Virus record (IMG/VR): IMGVR_UViG_3300032562_000003
Coordinates: 194,860-258,859 of that record
Length of the DNA stretch: 64,000 nt
Direction: 5' to 3' (one strand)
Made by a program: the position numbers and the translations under genes. The number at the start of each line of letters is the position of its first letter. The stretch's first letter is position 1. This document shows, one piece after another, positions 8,179 through 16,869 of the stretch. Under the pieces are notes generated by a model. That model saw only the letters and a list, made by a program, of their open reading frames with translations, was not told where the DNA came from and did no database searches.

Positions 8179-8550
8179 ATGAAAAACAAGTCAATTATTG
8201 CAATCGCTGCATTGGTAGCACTAAGTTTGGCTGCACCTGCATCCGCACACCACTCGTTCGCAATGTTCGACAACCAAAAGTCGGTGACATTGGAAGGAAC
8301 AGTAAAAGAATTTCAATGGACTAATCCGCATTCTTGGATTCAACTAATTGTGACTGATTCCTCTGGTAAGCCAGTTGAATGGTCAATCGAAGGCGGTAGC
8401 CCAAATGGTCTATCACGTTCCGGTTGGAAGCGCACTTCATTGAAGTCCGGCGATAAGGCTGTCGTAGTTGTACATCCTCTTAAGGATGGCACGAACGGTG
8501 GCTCGCTCGTATCTGTTGCGGTTAATGGACAACCAATCGGCAGTCGTTAA
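8179..8550 (+). CDS. DUF6152-like secreted protein
   Basis: Signal peptide ending APASA, then HHSFAMFD...GTVKEFQWTNPHSWI. RBS AGGAG and TAAATA at 8147. Confidence 0.72.
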   Translation: MKNKSIIAIAALVALSLAAPASAHHSFAMFDNQKSVTLEGTVKEFQWTNPHSWIQLIVTDSSGKPVEWSIEGGSPNGLSRSGWKRTSLKSGDKAVVVVHPLKDGTNGGSLVSVAVNGQPIGSR

Positions 8551-8596
8551 TTCTTTATATAAGTGAAGTTAGTTGATGTTCATTACTAAATACAGT

Positions 8597-10606
8597 ATGG
8601 ACATCAACGAACTTCATTCTTTTAAATTATCAGATGCGGTCAAATTCCACACCAAACTAAACCCAAAGCTTTGGAAGAATGACCAGCTTGATCCATTGGT
8701 CAGAGACCAATTATTAGTCATAGCAAAAGATTTTGTGAGCCAATTGGGCGTAGGTGATCTTGATGTGGTTGACGTAACTATATCTGGATCTAACGCAGCT
8801 TTCTCATATACTCCTCATTCTGACTTAGACCTTCACGTTGTTGTGAATATGAGCAAGCTACACGACGATGAAGTCTATCAGGAATTGTTCAGAGCAAAGA
8901 AAACTCTATATAACGATTCGCACGATATCACAGTGCATGGCATTCCAGTCGAACTATATGCGCAGAATGCCGCAGAGCCGGTCGTATCATTAGGTGAATA
9001 CAGCCTGCTTCATGACAAGTGGATCAAGATTCCTAAAAGAAAAACAGCCAATCTAGATCAAAATGCTACCAAAGCAAAGTACGATCAATTAACCGACCTA
9101 ATCAGTCTAGCAGTAAAGACTAAAGATGAAGATCGTGTCAACAAAGCTATTAAGCTAATTAAGAGATATCGCCAGGCAGGTCTTGACACAGGTGGCGAAT
9201 TTAGTCCAGAAAATCTTGCATATAAAGCAATTCGTGCGCAAGGCGGAATCGATGACCTATATGCAGTGCGTGATTCTCTACACAGTAAAAAGCTAAGCAT
9301 CGAAGAAGATGACCAGCTACTAGATAAACCAACCCTCACCGTAGATGAACTGGCTAGAAAACACGGTGTAGACCGAATGTCCATAGCAAAGCAACTGGAC
9401 AAAGGTATAAAGGTCGAACTAGAACATACTAGTCATAAAGACATTGCGCGAGAGATTGCATTGGATCATATCAGCGAGGATCCGAAGTATTATGACAAGT
9501 TAGCTAAGGCTTCTTTGGAGGAACAGACTTTAACTGAACTAGCAGATGCTCCTTATCCGTATACTCTAACTTCTAGCGGACCTCACATGCTAGAGTACCA
9601 ATTTACAGCAGCAAATAATATAAAATATATAGTTGAACTTAAAGTTATGTACGGTGGAGTTAGTTTGCGATTTCATGCTGCGGGACAGTCTAGCAATGAT
9701 GATAGATTTCGCATCACTAAAACCGGCGACTCTATTAAGGTAATGTCTACTATCGCTACAATTCTTCGTTCATACATAAAAGAAAATTCACCGTCTTCAA
9801 TCTCATTTGGATGTTATGCAGACGAACCCACAAAGGTTAAGCTGTACACTAGTATGGCAAAACGTCTGTCAAAAGAGTTTCCATATGAAGTTGGTGGACC
9901 ATATTCGTATAGAGATCCTACATACGGTAATTCTGTGGGATTCAGATTGACCAAAAAAAAACAACAATCAGGTAACGTAAACAAAGACTCAGGATACATT
10001 CCAAACAGTGCCCAAAAGAATGATCCTGTATTATCTCTTGTCGATAAAGCAAGAGAAAGAATGGGCGAAGATGCATTATACGGTGGAAACTGTGGAATGT
10101 TCTCGTTGGCTTTAGCAAAAAAATTGAAAGAGGATGGAATCCCGGTCACGCTGGGTTTGCTGTTTAATGATGCTAATAATTTAGGAACCCCTTCTGATAT
10201 TGTAGCCAACGAAGCTGACTTGTATCATGTTGTAGTTGAATATAACGGCAAATATTATGATGGCACAGGGGTCGTGACACCTAACACGCTGTTAGATATC
10301 GCCAAAGACCAGTACGGTGATGACAACCCGGGATGGTTTACTGATGCTGATCCGTTTGATCCGAGCGTACAGCGAGTAATTCGTAGTGAAACAAACTGGA
10401 ACAAGCCTGCGTCTACTTTCTATCAAGCGCTAACCGAAGCCTCAGGGTACATTCCAAGCAATTCCCAAAAGAACGATCCTCGTTTTAAAACCGCGCTTAC
10501 GGTAGACGTGAAACCGAACGCAATAAAGAAAAATGCTAAGGCATTCGGATGGCTAACATCACGGGCAGGTATACCTCCACAAGCCAATCCTAACGGAAAG
10601 ATTTAA
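8597..10606 (+). CDS. Multidomain protein: Pol-beta-type nucleotidyltransferase + DUF5661-like + further modules
   Basis: SGSNAAFSYTPHSDLDLHV (GS-x-DxD), then KGIKVELEH...IALDHISEDPKYYDKL, then a module with GNCGMFSLAL...YHVVV. TAAATA at 8587. Confidence 0.75.
   Translation: MDINELHSFKLSDAVKFHTKLNPKLWKNDQLDPLVRDQLLVIAKDFVSQLGVGDLDVVDVTISGSNAAFSYTPHSDLDLHVVVNMSKLHDDEVYQELFRAKKTLYNDSHDITVHGIPVELYAQNAAEPVVSLGEYSLLHDKWIKIPKRKTANLDQNATKAKYDQLTDLISLAVKTKDEDRVNKAIKLIKRYRQAGLDTGGEFSPENLAYKAIRAQGGIDDLYAVRDSLHSKKLSIEEDDQLLDKPTLTVDELARKHGVDRMSIAKQLDKGIKVELEHTSHKDIAREIALDHISEDPKYYDKLAKASLEEQTLTELADAPYPYTLTSSGPHMLEYQFTAANNIKYIVELKVMYGGVSLRFHAAGQSSNDDRFRITKTGDSIKVMSTIATILRSYIKENSPSSISFGCYADEPTKVKLYTSMAKRLSKEFPYEVGGPYSYRDPTYGNSVGFRLTKKKQQSGNVNKDSGYIPNSAQKNDPVLSLVDKARERMGEDALYGGNCGMFSLALAKKLKEDGIPVTLGLLFNDANNLGTPSDIVANEADLYHVVVEYNGKYYDGTGVVTPNTLLDIAKDQYGDDNPGWFTDADPFDPSVQRVIRSETNWNKPASTFYQALTEASGYIPSNSQKNDPRFKTALTVDVKPNAIKKNAKAFGWLTSRAGIPPQANPNGKI
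9988..10480 (+). repeat. 40-bp imperfect direct repeat (35/40 identical) bracketing a 151-codon module
   Basis: 9988-10027 CTCAGGATACATTCCAAACAGTGCCCAAAAGAATGATCCT versus 10441-10480 CTCAGGGTACATTCCAAGCAATTCCCAAAAGAACGATCCT. Confidence 0.85.
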
Positions 10607-10607
10607 C

Positions 10608-11186
10608 ATGAAAATCAAAGATGTACTGAACGAAGGAATGACGTTTAATCCTGTAGTAGAAAAATCTTTTACTAAAGGGGAACATGCCGGCGAAACGTAT
10701 TGGACTGGTTCTGATTGGGAACGCAAAGAGAAACACGAATGTCCTGACTGCAAAGGTACAGGCAAGGGAACATATTCAAACGGCGAATTTCCTTGCGTAT
10801 TCTGCGGCGGCAAAGGGTACGAAGAGGAAACTTTTTCAGATGCGCCGGAGCTTTCGGTCAGTAACGCCAATGGTAAAATTATTCAAGAAATGTTAGGTTT
10901 GGATCCGGATTATTCAGGTGTCATTCATAATAAAGACTTATCTAACATAATGCGTCGATTGATACTGCTTAAAAACAAAGGTGCTCAGCAGTACACCAGA
11001 GAGCCTAAACAAGAACGTGGCCCGACACATCAATGGACAGATGACCATGGAATCACACATATAGGTCGCGGCCCAACGATGCACGACTATGGCCTCAGTC
11101 AAGATCAGATTAATAAGTACGTGGACAGACTCATTCAGATTATTCAATTCGCACAAAAAAACAATGCGAGTTTGGGCTGGGGTTGA
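10608..11186 (+). CDS. Hypothetical protein with DnaJ-type CxxCxGxG zinc finger; putative head protein
   Basis: CPDCKGTG...CVFCGGKG. N-terminus MKIKDVLNE-G. Confidence 0.6.
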   Translation: MKIKDVLNEGMTFNPVVEKSFTKGEHAGETYWTGSDWERKEKHECPDCKGTGKGTYSNGEFPCVFCGGKGYEEETFSDAPELSVSNANGKIIQEMLGLDPDYSGVIHNKDLSNIMRRLILLKNKGAQQYTREPKQERGPTHQWTDDHGITHIGRGPTMHDYGLSQDQINKYVDRLIQIIQFAQKNNASLGWG

Positions 11187-11217
11187 CATTTACCCAAATG
11201 CTTATTAATGTGCGGAC

Positions 11218-11487
11218 ATGATTACATTTCTAGACTCCATCGAAGCGCAGACTGTCCTAGTCGATCTAACTAAACAACTCAACCGACTTCCTTATAATTC
11301 CGACTTGCACAGGTTACATATTAATCTGTATGGTCTGATTTCAGAACTAAGCAAACTTGAGGTGTATGCAAGGAGAACCGGCCCCCGCTCTCGTTGGACT
11401 ATCGCACGTAATAAGAAGAAGGCGGAGATCCAAACTGCCATGTCCTACTTAGCTCAATTGCTACTCATTGCGCAGTTGATGGCTTGA
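11218..11487 (+). CDS. Hypothetical protein
   Basis: 89-aa ORF filling the intergenic space, with TTGACA at 11183 upstream. Confidence 0.5.
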   Translation: MITFLDSIEAQTVLVDLTKQLNRLPYNSDLHRLHINLYGLISELSKLEVYARRTGPRSRWTIARNKKKAEIQTAMSYLAQLLLIAQLMA

Positions 11488-11510
11488 AACATTCAGAAAC
11501 AAAAAAGCGG

Positions 11511-11539
11511 TTGACTTAGCTTTCTAGCTGCGTTATTTT
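11511..11539 (+). promoter_or_regulatory. sigma70-like promoter
   Basis: TTGACT, 17-nt spacer, TATTTT upstream of the MoxR gene. Confidence 0.55.
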
Positions 11540-11610
11540 TAATCATAGATTGACCAACAGGAAACAAATCTCAATCTCGTTTTTTAACAAACTTAAGGAG
11601 CTATATAAAC

Positions 11611-12711
11611 ATGTCTCGTGATATTGACACTCACACGATTACTTCTACTCAGGCCCGAAAGGCCATCCTCACTGCTTTCAAGGCAAAGCGTCCTGTCTTC
11701 CTCTGGGGTCCTCCGGGCATCGGCAAGTCGGAAGTCGTTCAGGAAATCACTGACGAACTCGGTGGTATCATGTTTGATCTGCGTATGGCGCAGATGGAAC
11801 CTACTGACATTCGCGGTATTCCCTTCTACAATAAGTACATCGGCAAGATGGATTGGGCTGAGCCCGTCGATCTGCCCAGTCAAGAAGTCGCCGATCAATA
11901 TCCGATCGTCGTTCTGTTCCTCGATGAAATGAACTCTGCTCCCCCTTCGGTGCAAGCTGCTGGCTATCAGCTGGTTCTGAACCGTCGAGTCGGTAAGTAC
12001 GTCCTCCCCGATAACGTCGTCATCGTTGCTGCTGGCAACCGTGACAGTGACAAGGGTGTCACGTATCGTATGCCCATGCCCCTTGCTAATCGCTTCGTTC
12101 ACCTCGAAATGAAGTATGATTTCGCTTCTTGGCAGATTTGGGCGGTCAACAAGAACATTCACAAGGACGTTGTCGGCTATCTGTCTTTCTCTAAGCAAGA
12201 CGGTTATGACTTCGACGCTAAGAGCTCCAGTCGAGCCTTCGCTACTCCTCGTTCTTGGACTTTCGTGAGCGATCTGCTCGTTGACGAACAAAACGTGGAT
12301 AACGATACTCTGTTCAATCTCGTTGCCGGCGCGATCGGTGATGGTCTCGCAACGAAGTTCATGGCTCACCGTCGAGTTGCTGGTCAGATGCCTGACCCGG
12401 CTGACATTCTTGAAGGTAGGGTCAAGGATCTTAAGGTCAAGGAAATCTCGGCTATGTACTCGTTGACGATCTCCATGTGCTATGAACTGAAGGACGCTCT
12501 CGAAAACAAGCGTGTGGACAACAAGAAGTTCCATGAAATGGGCAGCAACTTCATCGAATACATCATGAATAATTTCGAGACGGAACTGGTGGTCATGGGC
12601 GCTAAGATCGCCCTCAAGACTTACAAGCTGCCGCTTGAGCCCTCGCAACTGCGTAACTTTGATGAATTCTACAAGAAGTACGGCAAGTACATTGTAGAAG
12701 CTGGCAACTAA
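11611..12711 (+). CDS. MoxR-like AAA+ ATPase
   Basis: LWGPPGIGKS Walker A, LFLDEMN Walker B, AAGNR, LANRF. Adjacent to a vWA gene. Confidence 0.88.
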   Translation: MSRDIDTHTITSTQARKAILTAFKAKRPVFLWGPPGIGKSEVVQEITDELGGIMFDLRMAQMEPTDIRGIPFYNKYIGKMDWAEPVDLPSQEVADQYPIVVLFLDEMNSAPPSVQAAGYQLVLNRRVGKYVLPDNVVIVAAGNRDSDKGVTYRMPMPLANRFVHLEMKYDFASWQIWAVNKNIHKDVVGYLSFSKQDGYDFDAKSSSRAFATPRSWTFVSDLLVDEQNVDNDTLFNLVAGAIGDGLATKFMAHRRVAGQMPDPADILEGRVKDLKVKEISAMYSLTISMCYELKDALENKRVDNKKFHEMGSNFIEYIMNNFETELVVMGAKIALKTYKLPLEPSQLRNFDEFYKKYGKYIVEAGN

Positions 12712-12724
12712 GTCAGCGGCTCCT

Positions 12725-12758
12725 GGGGAGGGATTAGAGACAGTCCCTCCCCTTTTTT
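12725..12758 (+). terminator. Rho-independent terminator
   Basis: GGGGAGGGA/TCCCTCCCC stem followed by T6. Confidence 0.8.
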
Positions 12759-12826
12759 CTATTATCTATTGCATATCATGCCGCATTCTGTTATATTGTC
12801 TTATAACTTAATCAAAGGACACATTC

Positions 12827-14116
12827 ATGAGCGCCGTAATTACCCCTACTAAAAAGAGCAAGCGTACTCGCAGCAAGAAGTACGAAAATCTTATCGGTCC
12901 TATGGATCCTAAGATTGATGCTCAAGCCCGCGAACGTCTTGTTACGGCACGCATCGGTCTCCTTCTGCGTCATGCGTTTTTCGGCAACCTTGCTACTCGT
13001 CTTGCTCTTACTAATGCGGACGAATGGTGTCCGACTGCTGCGACCGACGGTCTGAGATTTTACTATAACTCTCGCTTCATCATGATGCTCAAGACGAAGG
13101 AAGTTGAATTCCTCGTTGGTCACGAAGTTCTGCACGTGGTCTACGATCACATGGGTCGTCGTGACAATCGTGATCCGGAAATCTGGAACATCGCTGATGA
13201 CTATGCAGTCAACGCAGACTTGAAGCGTCACCGCGTGGGCGAATTTATTACTACTGTGCCTTGCTTGTATGAGTCTAAGTACGAAAACTGGGCCGCAGAA
13301 GCCATCTACGATGACCTCATGAAGAATGTCAAGTACATCAATATTGAGGATCTCCTCGACAAGATGTTGGACGATCACGTTGACGGTGACGACGACGGCG
13401 ACGGCCGCGCAGGCGGCGACAAACCTGGCAAGGGCCGCCCCAAGCTTTCTCAGGAAGAAAAGGACCGCATTCGTCAAGAGGTCCGTCAAGCGGTAATCAA
13501 CGCTGCTTCTACGGCTGAGGCTGGCACTGTTCCGAAGGGCGTTGAACGCATGATCAAGCAACTGACTAGCCCGATCATGCCCTGGCGCGAATTGATCCAA
13601 ACTAATCTGACCTCTGCTATCAAGTCTGATTATACTTGGATGCGTCCTTCTCGTCGCAGCTGGCACATGGACGCTGTCATGCCCGGCATGAATCCTGGCG
13701 AAGAAATTGACGTTGACATTTATATCGACATGTCAGGTTCTATCTCGCAGAAGCAAGGTATGCAGTTTCTTTCGGAAGTTGCCGGCATGATGGATGCGTT
13801 CGATGGCTACAGCCTTCGGGTCTCGACATTCGACACTAAGGTCTATAACACTCAAGAATTTTCTTCTGAAAACATGGAAAACATTGAGGAGTATCAACTG
13901 TTCGGTGGCGGTGGCACTGACTTTGACTGCGTATTCGATGACCTTAAGGAAGCAGGACGAGTTCCGGCTCGTCTGATCGTCTTCACGGACGGGTATCCTT
14001 GCGGCAGCTGGGGCGATCAAAATTACTGTGATACGACTTGGATCATTCACGGTGACCCCGATCCTCACCCGCCCTTCGGTCAATGGGCCATTTATGATGA
14101 CCATCGCAAGTCCTAA
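12827..14116 (+). CDS. DUF2201-type putative metallopeptidase + vWA domain protein
   Basis: TAATDG, HEVLH (HExxH), MIDAS motif IDMSGS, TFDT, GGGGTDF and VFTDGY. Confidence 0.85.
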   Translation: MSAVITPTKKSKRTRSKKYENLIGPMDPKIDAQARERLVTARIGLLLRHAFFGNLATRLALTNADEWCPTAATDGLRFYYNSRFIMMLKTKEVEFLVGHEVLHVVYDHMGRRDNRDPEIWNIADDYAVNADLKRHRVGEFITTVPCLYESKYENWAAEAIYDDLMKNVKYINIEDLLDKMLDDHVDGDDDGDGRAGGDKPGKGRPKLSQEEKDRIRQEVRQAVINAASTAEAGTVPKGVERMIKQLTSPIMPWRELIQTNLTSAIKSDYTWMRPSRRSWHMDAVMPGMNPGEEIDVDIYIDMSGSISQKQGMQFLSEVAGMMDAFDGYSLRVSTFDTKVYNTQEFSSENMENIEEYQLFGGGGTDFDCVFDDLKEAGRVPARLIVFTDGYPCGSWGDQNYCDTTWIIHGDPDPHPPFGQWAIYDDHRKS

Positions 14117-14398
14117 CTTCAAGGGCATACTAAGCATCGGGGAAGTAATCTATGAATCCCCAGATAGCGGAAAGACGATCTACGCCAGAAAGCGTGGGTC
14201 GTCTGATCGCATTCTAGTACAAGATTTAAAATCTGAATTAGGACAGCAGAATCCGATTATAGAGCGCGTAAAAAACGTTGCGATATCATGTATGACATAG
14301 TAAGGCTAGCAGAAAACAACGTTGCACTAAACGACCAACTTGAAAAGCTGGAAATGTTATACGCACTTGTTAAGGCAGAAAACCGTGAAAACAATTGA
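14094..14398 (+). CDS. Hypothetical protein with apparent -1 frame break at 14270-14276
   Basis: Frame 0 reads ...IYESPDSGKTIYARK...ERVKN and stops at 14300. The -1 frame continues KRCDIMYDIVRLAENNVALNDQLEKLEMLYALVK to a stop at 14398 that overlaps the next start. Confidence 0.5.
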
Positions 14399-14636
14399 CG
14401 ACATTAACATAAATCAGTGGTTCATGGACCGAGAATTAAGTCATACCCCTGAACATTTTATAAGATCAAGCACTCCTTTTACTATCGAGTCGCGCATGTG
14501 GATTTTGGAAAGCCTTCAAGGCAGATTTTCTACACATTACCCCAACACATCGACCTATATTATGAATAGAATAGCACTTTGTCCATCGTTTGAAGATCCA
14601 CAAGAAGCAGTGTTTTACGAACTCAAGTGGGGCTAG
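14385..14636 (+). CDS. Small hypothetical protein, FxxExDxxxFxL[RK]W-like family
   Basis: GTG start. C-terminus FEDPQEAVFYELKWG. Confidence 0.6.
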   Translation: MKTIDDININQWFMDRELSHTPEHFIRSSTPFTIESRMWILESLQGRFSTHYPNTSTYIMNRIALCPSFEDPQEAVFYELKWG

Positions 14637-15267
14637 GTCTTACTAGTTCCCACCCTCCAGTAGCGTTAAGTCCTTTGTTATTTACAATACGACTAATTGC
14701 ACCGGACTTGAGATTATAACATGTCCTTAATTGATAATTCGTCATTGATACTACCTCCCCGGTCATACGATTTTTCCAAGTTCTAACAGTATGGTCATAC
14801 TGCGGATGTTTTTCTTTTTTCTTGGGGTCATTAACAAAATGATGAGTCCCGGCAGCAAGTCTGTTTAATTGTCGTTTACTGGCAGCTTCCCTGTCCAACC
14901 AATTATGTGTTCCATTAAGAATGCGGTCTCTGTTTAGTTGCGCTTGGTGCTTGTTGGGCCCAACCCAAGGATGCTTGCCCGTTTTAACTAGCTTGTTAGC
15001 ATTTTTTGTTGCGAGGGCTACTAGCTCATCGGGAAGTAAGTTGATCCTACTTGACATTTTTACACAAGCTGCCCAATCACCCTGTGAATAATGAATGTTG
15101 TAATGTTCTTGTATAGATACACATTTCAAGTTAGCAGGATTATTATTGGAATGATTTCCGTCTATATGATGTATTTCATATGACCGACCCGACTCTTCCT
15201 TAGGAATTGGACCGTAGTGATGTTCATAGATATTACGGTACTTGTTTGTACCACAATAAATACACAT
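14623..15267 (-). CDS. HNH homing endonuclease, paralog of 4509-5171
   Basis: YGPIPKEESGRSYEIHHIDGNHSNNNPANL, three G[TK]H[HNP][FW] repeats and a different C-terminal region. Inserted antisense to its neighbours. Confidence 0.88.
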   Translation of the reverse strand: MCIYCGTNKYRNIYEHHYGPIPKEESGRSYEIHHIDGNHSNNNPANLKCVSIQEHYNIHYSQGDWAACVKMSSRINLLPDELVALATKNANKLVKTGKHPWVGPNKHQAQLNRDRILNGTHNWLDREAASKRQLNRLAAGTHHFVNDPKKKEKHPQYDHTVRTWKNRMTGEVVSMTNYQLRTCYNLKSGAISRIVNNKGLNATGGWELVRPSPT

Positions 15268-15334
15268 GCTGATTGCTACTTATAAGCTGTTAGAGTGAGT
15301 GGGTACTAGTAATACTGCGACTCACACTTATTTA
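15265..15334 (-). promoter_or_regulatory. Late promoter plus conserved structured leader of HNH gene (copy 2)
   Basis: Reverse complement reads TAAATA-AGT-GTGAGTCGC-AGTATTACTAGTA-CCCACTCACTCTAA-...-AATCAGCATG. Confidence 0.65.
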
Positions 15335-15392
15335 TCTTTTTTATACCAACACACCCTACTCACTAAATACTTTTAGCAAAGGAGAATTAATA

Positions 15393-16097
15393 ATGTCATT
15401 TATCCGCCATGTAGGGAAGCACGGAGACCGTAAGGTAGCAATTGTATTTCGGGAAGTGCCCGGTGAACCCCATATGTGTCTAGTAGTGTATACGGAACTA
15501 CTCAATCAGAATATTCACGATCCGATGATTCAATGCATCGAAAGCGATATTGGTCAAAGCAGTGAAGACCTAGCTAACGCACTTAACCGGTCTTACACCA
15601 AAGATGGACAACTTATTCTACAGAAGTTACATGCTGAAGGTATGTTGAAGAAGGTTCAGACTGAACATATCGTTATGACACCTGCACCAAACACAAGAAT
15701 CAAGCTCAATGAGCTTAATAAGATTCTAGACGAAATGAAGCAAGGTGAGCAAGCAGTAAAGAAGCTAGCTGAAATGGACAAGCAGATGGGTATGCAAGAC
15801 CCAATGCAAGTCGCTAAGAGAATGCGCGGCGATAGTGAACCAAAGCCCACAGCACCAGTGGGGCTTCAAGCAAGCGGTGATGCTTTAGGTGATTCGGTAT
15901 TAGCTAACAATCTTCGTCAACAAGCAGAACGCATGAGTGCAGAAGCTAAGGGGCTACTAACCGAAGCAGATCGGTTACTCAATGAAGCCCGGTCGTTAGA
16001 TCCAACTGTAGTGCCACAAGCAACTACGGTTTCGGTAAAAACATCCGAAGATAAGAAGACACGAGGTAGACCAAAGAAGGTCACCATTACCGCATAA
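15393..16097 (+). CDS. Hypothetical phage protein
   Basis: 234-aa ORF with AAGGAG RBS and TAAATA at 15364. Confidence 0.7.
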   Translation: MSFIRHVGKHGDRKVAIVFREVPGEPHMCLVVYTELLNQNIHDPMIQCIESDIGQSSEDLANALNRSYTKDGQLILQKLHAEGMLKKVQTEHIVMTPAPNTRIKLNELNKILDEMKQGEQAVKKLAEMDKQMGMQDPMQVAKRMRGDSEPKPTAPVGLQASGDALGDSVLANNLRQQAERMSAEAKGLLTEADRLLNEARSLDPTVVPQATTVSVKTSEDKKTRGRPKKVTITA

Positions 16098-16111
16098 AGG
16101 CTAGTAAATAA

Positions 16112-16408
16112 ATGTCCCCTGAATTTATTCAAAAATGGGAGCGGTTAATTGAAGGTGTTGACAAGCAGACCTTTCCGTTACAGTTTGTCAAGAAGCTAAT
16201 ATTACGTTTACGCGGTAAAAAGCAACAGACAATTAATATTGCTAAGCTATTGGGTCAAGGAGTTGCTCCTGAGGAAATCGAAGAAGTGATAAGCAGAAAA
16301 CTTATCGAACTTGGCGATGATGTGCTTAGTATTGAGTTTATGTTAGATATACAAAGCATAGCAGAAACTGTTCAGCCTGAAACAGATAAACTATTGAATG
16401 GATTATGA
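16112..16408 (+). CDS. Hypothetical protein
   Basis: 98-aa ORF after TAAATA at 16105, with ATGA overlap into the DHFR gene. Confidence 0.65.
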   Translation: MSPEFIQKWERLIEGVDKQTFPLQFVKKLILRLRGKKQQTINIAKLLGQGVAPEEIEEVISRKLIELGDDVLSIEFMLDIQSIAETVQPETDKLLNGL

Positions 16409-16869
16409 AACTCAGTATTGCAGCGGACCCCAACGGTGGAATAGGATATAAAAACAGATTGCCCTGGATTAAACTTCAGGGCGATTTGCCAAGATTTAAG
16501 TATTTAACCGATAACCAAACCGTAATTATGGGAAGAAACACCTGGGATAGTCTTCCTATAAAACCGTTGTACAATAGGCACAATATAGTAGTTTCAAGTC
16601 AAACGTTTACCATGCCTGAAAAATCGGAATGCATTACATACGCTGCCCTAATAAAAAACATGTCATCATTTGATGACGCATGGCTCATCGGAGGTGCTCA
16701 GCTTGTAAATGCATGTTGGGATTACGTAACCGAAGTTTATTTGTCTAAGACCTTTGCCCAATACGATTGTGATAAATTCATTGATTTGTTATACTTAACA
16801 GATCATTATTATATATTAGACAGCGATGTATTTCCTGACCATGAGTATCAAATTTGGAAGCGTAAATGA
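16405..16869 (+). CDS. folA: Dihydrofolate reductase
   Basis: GGIGYKNRLPW, IMGRNTWDSLP, LIGGAQ and CDKF. Directly upstream of thyA. Confidence 0.93.
   Translation: MKLSIAADPNGGIGYKNRLPWIKLQGDLPRFKYLTDNQTVIMGRNTWDSLPIKPLYNRHNIVVSSQTFTMPEKSECITYAALIKNMSSFDDAWLIGGAQLVNACWDYVTEVYLSKTFAQYDCDKFIDLLYLTDHYYILDSDVFPDHEYQIWKRK

Noticed and set aside
11593-13666. Long minus-strand ORFs (351 and 284 aa) opposite MoxR and vWA; similarly 32808-33467 and 33692-34252
   Set aside because: Shadow ORFs produced by the codon bias of the sense genes; no motifs or RBS.
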